Assembly: GCA_014361295.1 (NCBI GenBank)
Contig: JACIVX010000001.1
Location: 898,293-962,292, forward strand
Reading direction: 5' to 3'
DNA length: 64,000 nucleotides
DNA from: Methanomassiliicoccales archaeon
GTDB taxonomy: Archaea > Thermoplasmatota > Thermoplasmata > Methanomassiliicoccales > JACIVX01
In this document: positions 37,857-45,694 of the stretch, piece after piece
Numbering within the stretch: the first letter of the stretch is position 1
How the letters are laid out: every line of letters begins with the position of its first letter
Translations under genes and position numbers: made by a program
Notes under the pieces: model-generated
Seen by the model: the letters and a program-made list of their open reading frames with translations, nothing else
Told to the model about the DNA's origin: nothing
Databases searched by the model: none

Positions 37857-38593
37857 TGCGAGTTGAGCCGTGAATTCTTCAACACTGGGATTCCATTAGG
37901 AATGCCTATACAGGTTTTCGTGAACAGTTCAGTTTGCATCATGCGTACTTAATCTCCCACGTCTATCCGATCGACTGCTCTAAGTAACCACTACTCGATC
38001 GACAAGATCGGAGCAGTTCTCAAAATTCGGTTCTCTCATCTTTCATTTCGCTCCACCATTCGGCGAAATCGCGGGTTATTTGGTTCCTATCAAATGGAAG
38101 TAATGTTCCAAAGGAAGTAGTTGAGGTGTCTGGATTTTTTCACTGATCGTCTGCATCGGCACTTGAGTGAACATATACTTTCTCATCATGATATGTATTT
38201 ATTCCCGCTCCATTCTCACAAAATTGTTAAATGAATTCCACCGAGAAGAGCGGTTCGTAAAATATCAGATGGGCGAATTCTGATAATCCATCCACATCCA
38301 TTGAACACAAGAGCACTAAGAATGGCCCCTGAAATTTGATTAGATATACCGTGATAATACTAGGGAAAACACTTCTTGTCTTTTCTATCTGCGTCATCTG
38401 TTATCAGATTTAGTGTCATTATCTTGGATTTTAACAAAGTTCGGATCGAAGTGCAATTAATTCGCTGCATCGTACGTATCGAGCGTGGTCGCGTGGGTTA
38501 GCAGCTGACGGAGGCGCGGAGAGACACTCCAATCTGGATGGACGAAAAACACGTTATCGGAATCAGAGACGAGTTCACTGGATATGTTTAAAA

Positions 38594-38666
38594 TGGGTCC
38601 GTCCAGATTTGAACTGGAGTCACCAGCACCCCAAGCTGGGAGGATTCCAAGCTACCCCACGGACCC
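38594..38666 (-). tRNA. tRNA-Pro (anticodon GGG)
   Basis: GGGTCCGTGGGGTAGCTTGGAATCCTCCCAGCTTGGGGTGCTGGTGACTCCAGTTCAAATCTGGACGGACCCA. Anticodon stem CCAGC/GCTGG with loop TT-GGG-GT. It starts 20 nt after the rpoN stop. Confidence 0.92.
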
Positions 38667-38686
38667 ATCGGAAAAATGAAAGAGTT

Positions 38687-38878
38687 TCATCCGAGCGGGA
38701 TAATTTCGTCGATCAGTTCCGCGTGCGAAATGATCATCCGCCGGCAGCAGTAGCGCTTCACACCGAGATCGTCAAGCACCTGCTTCGGATCCTCGCCCAG
38801 CTGGACTCTCCTCACAAATGTCTGATAAAGGCTGCCAATCACCTTTCCACAAGTAAAACATCTTACTGGTATGATCAT
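38687..38878 (-). CDS. rpoN: DNA-directed RNA polymerase subunit N (Rpo10)
   Basis: 63 aa: [15 protein letters not shown]...KRYCCRRM (zinc-binding CxxC...CC). The track ORF (148 aa) extends upstream through the S9 gene in another frame. Confidence 0.9.
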   Translation of the reverse strand: MIIPVRCFTCGKVIGSLYQTFVRRVQLGEDPKQVLDDLGVKRYCCRRMIISHAELIDEIIPLG

Positions 38879-38885
38879 ATTTTCT

Positions 38886-39287
38886 TCACCTATACGATTT
38901 TTGCCGCTTCTTTCTTGCGCCGCGTCCGAGCGGTTTCTTCGGTAGTTTCCTTCGAGGATCGCTGATGAGCAGAGCGCGATCGTACTGCTTAAACATCTTC
39001 GCAAGCTCCTCATCCTCAAAAAACTGGACAAGAGCTTTCGCGATCGCTGTCCTTGACGCCTCGGCCTGTCCCATGACACCACCGCCTTGAACGTTGACGT
39101 CGATATCAACTGTCGACGCTCTCTCTCCAGCAAGCACCAAGGGTTCCATGATCTTCAATCGGGCCATCTCTGGCGAATAGATGCTGAGAGGTATACTGTT
39201 GATCCTTACATTACCTGAGCCCTTTCTAATGACGGCTCGTGCAATTGCGGATTTCCTTTTACCAGTTGTATTGACGATATCGGCCAT
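38886..39287 (-). CDS. rps9: 30S ribosomal protein S9 (uS9)
   Basis: [11 protein letters not shown]..., [11 protein letters not shown]-terminal [10 protein letters not shown]. Confidence 0.95.
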   Translation of the reverse strand: MADIVNTTGKRKSAIARAVIRKGSGNVRINSIPLSIYSPEMARLKIMEPLVLAGERASTVDIDVNVQGGGVMGQAEASRTAIAKALVQFFEDEELAKMFKQYDRALLISDPRRKLPKKPLGRGARKKRQKSYR

Positions 39288-39291
39288 CGAT

Positions 39292-39711
39292 TCACCTCAC
39301 CTTCGAACCGAGAAATGCAGAGACGTCGGAAAGGGTTACATACTTACCTGAAATCGGCTTGATCGCCTCTTCCACCTTTTCCATCTCCGCCGATGAGAAT
39401 TCCTTTGGAACACCAACATAAACCTTCAACCTGCGGTACGCTTCTCTTCCGCTCGGCCTATCAAATGGGATCATACCGCGAACCGTTCTTTTTAAAATGA
39501 GATCTGCCCTCCTAGGATAATATGGCCCTCGAAGGTTCTTTCCCCTTTCCCTCTTTTGCTTATACTCAGCGAATATCATTTCCTTTTTCCCTAGGATCAA
39601 TGCTTTTTCAGCGTTGACGACGACGATCTCTTCTCCTTTCAGGATTCTCTCTGCAATGTTGCTGCAGAGTCTCCCGAGGACATGTCCCTCAGCGTTGATA
39701 ACGGCCATCAT
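39292..39711 (-). CDS. rpl13: 50S ribosomal protein L13 (uL13)
   Basis: AVINAEGHVLGRLCSNIAERILKGEEIVVVNAEK... The start is taken at Met9/10, just after the L18e stop. Confidence 0.9.
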   Translation of the reverse strand: MMAVINAEGHVLGRLCSNIAERILKGEEIVVVNAEKALILGKKEMIFAEYKQKRERGKNLRGPYYPRRADLILKRTVRGMIPFDRPSGREAYRRLKVYVGVPKEFSSAEMEKVEEAIKPISGKYVTLSDVSAFLGSKVR

Positions 39712-39712
39712 C

Positions 39713-40075
39713 TCACCCCATAATCCTAATGCCACTGCCGTCAGGCATTTCCTTGACGAGCTGCTCGATCGTCATGCTCTTTCCACCCGCATCTTCAATC
39801 TTCTTCCGCGCCGATGATGAGAACTTGAAAGCCGCGACTGTCAGTTTCTTGCTCAGATTACCAGCACCGAGAACTTTGCCAGGAACGACAACGACAGCGC
39901 CATCCTCCGAATACCGCTCCAATCTGCTGAGGTTGACCTCTGCCCAATTTCTCCTCGGCTTCTCAAGCCGCCTAGCAATGTCTCGCCAGATTTCCACACC
40001 CCGCTCCCGAGATTCCCTTTTCAGGGATTCGATCAGGAGGACAAGGTTTGGATTCGTCTTTTCATTCTTTTTCAT
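39713..40075 (-). CDS. rpl18e: 50S ribosomal protein L18e (eL18)
   Basis: NPNLVLLIESLKRESRERGVEIWRDIARRLEKPRR...VVVPGKVLGAG. It sits at the head of the L18e-L13-S9-RpoN cluster, as in most archaea. Confidence 0.9.
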   Translation of the reverse strand: MKKNEKTNPNLVLLIESLKRESRERGVEIWRDIARRLEKPRRNWAEVNLSRLERYSEDGAVVVVPGKVLGAGNLSKKLTVAAFKFSSSARKKIEDAGGKSMTIEQLVKEMPDGSGIRIMG

Positions 40076-40353
40076 TTCTCTGACTCTCCCGACATTGGGT
40101 AAAAGGCTCTAATAGGGACTCCTTTAATAAACTTTTGCTCGGATAAATGTGTGTGAATTGAATGCCAGACGAGAAAACAATTATTTCAACAAGAGAAAAC
40201 ACTTTTTTTTCTTGGAGAAAGTACTGATCACTCGAATAAAAGCATTCCAGGCACTCTTCGTCTTCATTCCATTTTAATCCAGAGAATTGCTAACTATTTT
40301 GATAGAATTATATATGACCTCTATCATAATCATCCGACACCCGGGGGCGCACG

Positions 40354-41394
40354 ATGATCAGGTTCGGTCCAGCTGGGATTCCTCTTTCTTGTAAAGGCAG
40401 AACGCTAAAAGATGGGATTGAAGACGTCCATAATTTGGGTCTCAATGCAATGGAAATCCAGATGGTCAGAGTTAACATCGTTGATCGTCCGCCAGAAGAC
40501 GAGGAAGTAGGACTAACCCCAATGGAAGTCGAGAACGATCTCGTCGTTGGGATTTTGAGAAAAAAGGGAAAGAAGGAAATCCAGATCATTGATCCATATG
40601 AGAAAATCAAAGCCGACGATACCCTGGTGACTCTTGCATCCGGTCTCGCACAGAATTTCCAAGAACTTACGGTTCTGGGGAGAATGGGTGAAGAGCTCGA
40701 TGTCCAGCTCTCCATGCACACTCCGTATTATATGGATCTTGTGAGCAACACTGAGATGACCGAGAAGAGTATTAACAGCATCAAATGGGCTGCCACGATG
40801 ACAAATGTGATGAATGGCTCGATTGTCGTGACACATACTGGATTATATGGCGAAGTGGGCAAGAAAAAGGCGAAGGAGAACATCGCGGCAAATCTCGGCC
40901 AAGTAATGGATTGGTGGAAAAATCACGAGGTTCGACCAATTCTGGGCTTGGAAACGAGCGGACGACAGGAGGTCTTCGGAAGTCTTGACGAAATTCTCGA
41001 TCTTTGTGATGAAATTGATGGTATCGTGCCTGTCGTCAACTTTGCACATCTTCACGCACGGGAAAATGGTATTTTGAGGGAGCCGCAGGACTTTGCAGAA
41101 GTATTCGATCGCACGAATCAATACGTCGATGGCTGCCACTATGTGCATTTCGCGGGGGTCGAGCACGAGGGTGGCAATGAGAAGAGGATCACACCGATTA
41201 AGAAGGGCGATTTGCGATTCGAACCGCTCGCGGAATTTCTCGTGGAGAATATGCCGAACGTCACGATTATCTCGAGCTCACCGCTCCTCGAACACGACGC
41301 GATGTACATGAAGGTGATTTTTGAACGAGCCTTGATGAAGAAAGTTACAAAGGGTTCCAAAGTGAAGAAAAACGATCGAGAGGAGAAAGATTGA
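40354..41394 (+). CDS. Xylose-isomerase-like TIM-barrel protein (AP-endonuclease family 2 / EndoIV-like)
   Basis: MIRFGPAGIP...LNAMEIQ, LSMHTPYY, IVVTHTG, LGLETSG, NFAHLHA, HFAG: a pattern of metal-binding His/Glu residues at strand ends. There is a ~70-aa insert after the first strand. Confidence 0.6.
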   Translation: MIRFGPAGIPLSCKGRTLKDGIEDVHNLGLNAMEIQMVRVNIVDRPPEDEEVGLTPMEVENDLVVGILRKKGKKEIQIIDPYEKIKADDTLVTLASGLAQNFQELTVLGRMGEELDVQLSMHTPYYMDLVSNTEMTEKSINSIKWAATMTNVMNGSIVVTHTGLYGEVGKKKAKENIAANLGQVMDWWKNHEVRPILGLETSGRQEVFGSLDEILDLCDEIDGIVPVVNFAHLHARENGILREPQDFAEVFDRTNQYVDGCHYVHFAGVEHEGGNEKRITPIKKGDLRFEPLAEFLVENMPNVTIISSSPLLEHDAMYMKVIFERALMKKVTKGSKVKKNDREEKD

Positions 41395-41395
41395 C

Positions 41396-41941
41396 GTGGA
41401 AATCAAGGAAGTGATTTGCTATATCACTAAGGAAGTCCAGGAAACTTTACAAAGGGTAGATCAAAAAGTCGTCGATGAGGTCATCGATTCAATCATCGGT
41501 GCGAAGAAGATCTTTCTCTACGGCGTAGGCCGATCTGGACTCGTCGGCCAAGCATTCGCGGTTAGACTTGTGCAGATGGGGTTGGATGTTCATTTCATCG
41601 GTGAGATGACAACACCGATTGTCGAAGAAAAAGATCTAGTCATCATAGTATCTAACACTGGTGAAACAATGTCCGCTATTCAGACGGCGAACATTGTGAG
41701 GAGGGTTGGCGCGAAAGTCATCGCCGTCACCTCGAACGTCCACTCGAAGTTAAGCCAGGCAGCAAACATCACCGTCGAAATTGCCCCGAAAAAAGATGAC
41801 CAGAGGAAGAAATACGCACCGCTTGGGACACTTTTTGAGGATTCGACATTCGTGTTTTTTGACTGCATTGTCCCGATCATCATGGCAAGACTGGGGCAGA
41901 ACGAGACATCACTGCGTAGACGCCACGCGATCTGGGTCTGA
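41396..41941 (+). CDS. 6-phospho-3-hexuloisomerase-like SIS-domain protein
   Basis: IFLYGVGRSGLVGQAFAVRLVQMGLDVHFIGE...VIIVSNTGET...GAKVIAVTS. GTG start 1 nt after the upstream stop. Confidence 0.75.
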   Translation: MEIKEVICYITKEVQETLQRVDQKVVDEVIDSIIGAKKIFLYGVGRSGLVGQAFAVRLVQMGLDVHFIGEMTTPIVEEKDLVIIVSNTGETMSAIQTANIVRRVGAKVIAVTSNVHSKLSQAANITVEIAPKKDDQRKKYAPLGTLFEDSTFVFFDCIVPIIMARLGQNETSLRRRHAIWV

Positions 41942-42571
41942 ACGTAACTCCCTCTTTTTCACGCGCGTTCCGTAGTAAGGATTTTCATATTCATCCCAGT
42001 AAATCGCAAATTCCCTCGTCCTGATCGCTTTTCCGTCGAGATAGAACGCTTTTATTTCCTTATTTACAGGATCAATGACGATCGCTGTATGACGACTACT
42101 CCTGAATAGAGACCTTTGCGTATATACGTCAGTCGATGACATAAAGCACCCGTGGCCAGGATGCGAATGATACCATCCGACAACGAGGTAATTGAATCCA
42201 GCCTCTTCGAGAGAGGCAAATAATTTTTCGAACGCGTCTCTGTCGAATCGAACATGAACGGAGGAGGACTCGAGGTCGGTCGTTACGACATCCTTGACGA
42301 TCGTGTATTCTTTCCCACCGTTCCTATAAATCCAGCCTAGGAGAAGCCCCATCGCTTCCTTCTGCATCTCGGCGAAACGGATAGAATGATTCCTCATTTT
42401 CTCCTCGGCGATCTTGGAAACATACAACTCGTAGCCGTCCCCTTCCATGCGCTTGTACTCCTCCAAGTCTTTCGCGCTCAACCATTTATGCGGCTTTGTC
42501 CTTTCAAATGGAGGTGGCGGGCGCTCCTCGATTTTTATTTCTTCCGCCCCGAGGATGCGGAGCTGTTTCAA
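41909..42571 (-). CDS. JAMM/MPN+ metalloisopeptidase (Rpn11/deubiquitinase-like), last gene of the ubiquitin-like cassette
   Basis: Conserved Glu (QKEAMGLLLG) and GWYHSHPGHGCFMSSTD, matching ExnHxHx7SxxD. The TTG start overlaps the E2 stop. An ATG at 42448 is an alternative start. Confidence 0.85.
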   Translation of the reverse strand: MKQLRILGAEEIKIEERPPPPFERTKPHKWLSAKDLEEYKRMEGDGYELYVSKIAEEKMRNHSIRFAEMQKEAMGLLLGWIYRNGGKEYTIVKDVVTTDLESSSVHVRFDRDAFEKLFASLEEAGFNYLVVGWYHSHPGHGCFMSSTDVYTQRSLFRSSRHTAIVIDPVNKEIKAFYLDGKAIRTREFAIYWDEYENPYYGTRVKKRELRSDPDRVASTQ

Positions 42572-43077
42572 TCAGATCTCACCACCTTGGGCGTCGGAGA
42601 ATAGACAATTGGAGGAGTCTTGATTTTTGCCCGATTGAAATAGGACGCAGCGGATGTACAGCTCTCCGTTCCGAACGGACTCGAAGGATTGGGGGCGAGG
42701 AGGAGGGCTTCAATCCCCTTGATGAATGATAGCAAAGTTGAATTAAATCCCCACTCATCGAGGAGTTTTGTACATAGATGTCCACCGTCTTCTGGCATCA
42801 TGATATTTGGATGGAATATGGGCGTTCTCCAAATGACCAGCGGCTTTTCGAACGGATAATCCCTCCCGATCAAAATCGAAAATCGGTGTTCATATCGTTT
42901 TTCAATTTTTCCATCTTCACACACAAAACCTGGAACTCCCTTCAGCTCAATCTCGATATTGATCGGAAAGCTACGCAAATTTTCATTAGAGAGATCGATT
43001 GGATGTCTTAGATAACGAGTGCATATCGCGAGCTCGTTCCTGAGTCGAGAAATAAGAATGTCAAGAGGGAGGGACAT
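42568..43077 (-). CDS. Ubiquitin-conjugating enzyme (E2/UBC-fold)-like protein
   Basis: YPFEKPLVIWRTPIFHPNIMMPEDGGHLCTKLLDEWGFNSTL contains the HPN triad and the catalytic Cys in the G-x-[IL]-C-x-x-L..W context of eukaryotic E2s. ATG immediately follows the Ubl stop (TGAATG). Confidence 0.8.
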   Translation of the reverse strand: MSLPLDILISRLRNELAICTRYLRHPIDLSNENLRSFPINIEIELKGVPGFVCEDGKIEKRYEHRFSILIGRDYPFEKPLVIWRTPIFHPNIMMPEDGGHLCTKLLDEWGFNSTLLSFIKGIEALLLAPNPSSPFGTESCTSAASYFNRAKIKTPPIVYSPTPKVVRSD

Positions 43078-43317
43078 TCATCCGCCCTCGGGATCTGGAA
43101 TCAGCTCGAGTTCATCGTTACTAAGAATCCCAGCCTCAGCGACGGTCTGCTGACCTCGCAAAAGCCGCCTGCCTCGTCTGAGAACATAAGCCCCAGCATC
43201 CTTCTCCCAATACCCTGCTGCACCTTCGATAATGTCATCGATCGTGTTTTCTCCTTCTAATTCCATTTCAACGGTCGCTCCTGATTCAGCATTCCTCACT
43301 TTGACTCTGAGCGGCAT
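43078..43317 (-). CDS. Ubiquitin-like beta-grasp protein ending in Gly-Gly
   Basis: 79 aa from ATG 43317: MPLRVKVRNAESGATVEMELEGENTIDDIIEGAAGYWEKDAGAYVLRRGRRLLRGQQTVAEAGILSNDELELIPDPEGG-stop. The strand-strand-helix-strand pattern and length fit the ubiquitin fold. The ORF is also open to a GTG at 43368. Confidence 0.75.
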   Translation of the reverse strand: MPLRVKVRNAESGATVEMELEGENTIDDIIEGAAGYWEKDAGAYVLRRGRRLLRGQQTVAEAGILSNDELELIPDPEGG

Positions 43318-43386
43318 AAAACCACAGAAAGCCAAACAGGCGGAATGCTCATTAAAGCTTTTGATCACAGTTAATTAATTCGATTC

Positions 43387-44211
43387 TCACGAATGAGAAT
43401 ACGGATGAATAGAATTAGATAGATTTGAAAGATGAACCGGACACATCGGATCTAATGAAACTTCAAATGAGTCAAAGGTATTAAGCAATCCGTTGTAATA
43501 GCAAACATGCCTGATACAATTTTCCTTCTTTCCGCTGATAATCTTGAGTCCTTCTCTCACCTGGATTGCTGCAATAATGCTCGTCGTCGTGATTTCTGCG
43601 GGGATTTTAGGCTCGTAAATTGAAATATCTGCACCGGTACAACTGAATCGTTTCTCGAGAATTTTCGCGTGCGTTTTGTTTGTTGCGCATTGCAGGCAAG
43701 GAGTATCAGGAGGCAGTACAACCTGGATTTTTCCAGTTGTGCCATCGGTTCCTCCGTCAATATACGGAACACCATAATAGTACGCGTGAGCATTCAAATG
43801 CAGTCGAGCGCCGATGTTGTCAAAACAACCGAAAACAACATCGTAATTCTTCAAACATCTCAAATCGATTTCCTCGATTCTTGAATTGATCGGCGTGATG
43901 TTTATCTCTGGATTAAGTTCTTTGGCCCGCTTTGCGATGATTTCGGCCTTCATCGATTTTCTTAATGCGTCCTCTTCCCTGAAAAGGACACACCGATTGA
44001 GATTTGAACGCACGACATAATCCATGTCGACAAGCACAATCGATCTTACGCCAGAAAGTACTAGATTTTTGATGACTTCGTTTCCAAGGGCGCCAGCCCC
44101 AGCCACGAAACACCTCGCCGACTCGATTCTTTCCATGTCGAGCCATCTGATCCTTCTTGATCGATCGAACCTATCTTCGTCAATTGCACCTATCCTGATC
44201 AAGGCACTCAT
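43387..44211 (-). CDS. E1-like (ThiF/MoeB/UBA-family) adenylating enzyme
   Basis: FVAGAGALGNEVIKNLVLSGV (GxGxxG), LVDMDYVVRSNLNRCVLF (DxDxVxxSNLxR motif), CLQC zinc/crossover region, candidate catalytic Cys in RFSCTGA. The start is taken at Met15; the ORF is open to 44253. Confidence 0.85.
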   Translation of the reverse strand: MSALIRIGAIDEDRFDRSRRIRWLDMERIESARCFVAGAGALGNEVIKNLVLSGVRSIVLVDMDYVVRSNLNRCVLFREEDALRKSMKAEIIAKRAKELNPEINITPINSRIEEIDLRCLKNYDVVFGCFDNIGARLHLNAHAYYYGVPYIDGGTDGTTGKIQVVLPPDTPCLQCATNKTHAKILEKRFSCTGADISIYEPKIPAEITTTSIIAAIQVREGLKIISGKKENCIRHVCYYNGLLNTFDSFEVSLDPMCPVHLSNLSNSIHPYSHS

Positions 44212-44575
44212 CCTTTGGTGGAATATGACGGCGATAAATAAAACGAACTTCAATATTCGAGTCTGTGAGAATCATGCCCTATCAACGAAGAAAGACCCAG
44301 TCTCCTTTTTCGAAACAAGAAAATGGCATTTTCATAGAGCACGATTCGGCCAAAAAATGCGTTTTCCAAAGTACAAAAATTGAATTCTGATACAGAGGGT
44401 ATCATCAAGCCCCCAATTTTCGTGCAAATTGTATGGTAGATTCCTGCATCGAATTATAATTAATCAAGCTACTCCCATATATCCATTGACAAGACCATCC
44501 TGATCTTATTAAAAATGCCAGGTTCTTGGAAAAATTCATTACACGGCAAGCTCTTTTCCAGCCTGCGGTGCACTA

Positions 44576-45694
44576 ATGAACAATGAGTTTACTGTAACAC
44601 CTTGGGAAGTCACTGGTGAAATCGATTACGACCTATTGCTAGAGAGATTCGGAACGAAAAGGATCGACGACGAGATGCTTGAAAGACTCTCAAAATATGG
44701 CGATCTGCACCCCATGCTACGCCGGGGTATTACATACTCGCACCGAGATCTTGACTGGATCTTGGACAAATACGATGCTGGTGAAAAATTCGTTCTCTAC
44801 ACCGGTCGTGGCCCTTCTGGAAATACTCATATCGGACATCTTGTCACGTGGATGTTTACCAAGTACCTCCAAGACGTTTTCGGGGCTAAGCTCTATTTTC
44901 AAATGACCGACGACGAAAAATTCCTTTTTAACGATAATCTAACGCTTGAAGATACGAGGAAAAACGCCTACGAGAACGCCCTCGATGTCATCGCTTTAGG
45001 ATTCGATCCAGCGAAGACGAAGATTTTCCTCGACACCGAATACATTCGAACTCTTTATCCAATCGCGCTCAAAGTCGCGAAAAAGGTCACATTTTCGACG
45101 GCACGGGCGGTTTTTGGATTTGACCACAGTAACAACATAGGGTCGATTTTCTACACGAGCATCCAGGCGGCACCAGCTTTCTTAGAGTCCGAATTGCAGG
45201 GAAAGAATGTACCTTGTTTGATTCCCTGCGGAATTGATCAAGACGCGCATTTCAGGGTCGCGAGGGATGCCGCTCCGCTGCTCGGATATTACAAGCCCGC
45301 ACTCATTCACAACAAGATGTTCCCGAGCCTCATGGGCGGGAATAAAATGTCATCATCCCAGCCAGAAACCACGATCTTCACGACTGACGATGCGCAGGCT
45401 GTAAAGAAGAAAATTGCGAACGCATTTACGGGCGGCGCCGTTTCTGCCGCGGAACAGAGGAAACACGGAGGAAAACCAGACGTTTGTTCTGTGTTCAAAT
45501 ATGAATACTTTCTTTTCGAACCTGATGATGAGAAGCTGAATCACCTCTACGACGCGTGTAAGAAGGGCGAAATCCTTTGCGGCGAATGCAAGAAACGGTT
45601 GACAGAGAGAATTGTCAAATTCCTCGAAGCACACCAAAAGAAACGGGAGCAGGCGCGAGAGAAACTCGAGGCGTTCATATTAAGGGATGGATGA
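44576..45694 (+). CDS. trpS: Tryptophanyl-tRNA synthetase (archaeal/eukaryotic type)
   Basis: Class I HIGH (GPSGNTHIGHL) and KMSKS (KMSSS) motifs. 372 aa, with an N-terminus typical of archaeal TrpRS. Confidence 0.88.
   Translation: MNNEFTVTPWEVTGEIDYDLLLERFGTKRIDDEMLERLSKYGDLHPMLRRGITYSHRDLDWILDKYDAGEKFVLYTGRGPSGNTHIGHLVTWMFTKYLQDVFGAKLYFQMTDDEKFLFNDNLTLEDTRKNAYENALDVIALGFDPAKTKIFLDTEYIRTLYPIALKVAKKVTFSTARAVFGFDHSNNIGSIFYTSIQAAPAFLESELQGKNVPCLIPCGIDQDAHFRVARDAAPLLGYYKPALIHNKMFPSLMGGNKMSSSQPETTIFTTDDAQAVKKKIANAFTGGAVSAAEQRKHGGKPDVCSVFKYEYFLFEPDDEKLNHLYDACKKGEILCGECKKRLTERIVKFLEAHQKKREQAREKLEAFILRDG

Noticed and set aside
35571-38593. Integrated element with an att repeat of the tRNA-Pro 3' end
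   Set aside because: I found no copy of the tRNA-Pro 3' segment (…CCAGATTTGAAC…/GGGTCCG…) and no integrase-like translation by eye. The idea is kept only as a low-confidence finding and is not annotated as a mobile element.
38687-39133. 148-aa ORF in the track covering rpoN
   Set aside because: Only the last 63 codons (from ATG 38878) are RNA polymerase subunit N. The upstream 85 codons are Arg/Ser-rich and overlap the S9 gene in another frame.
44254-44575. Search for a small RING or zinc-finger ORF upstream of the E1 gene
   Set aside because: The longest minus-strand ORF here is about 17 codons (MKMPFSCFEKGDWVFLR) and has no Cys/His pattern. The region looks like a plain divergent promoter region shared with trpS.
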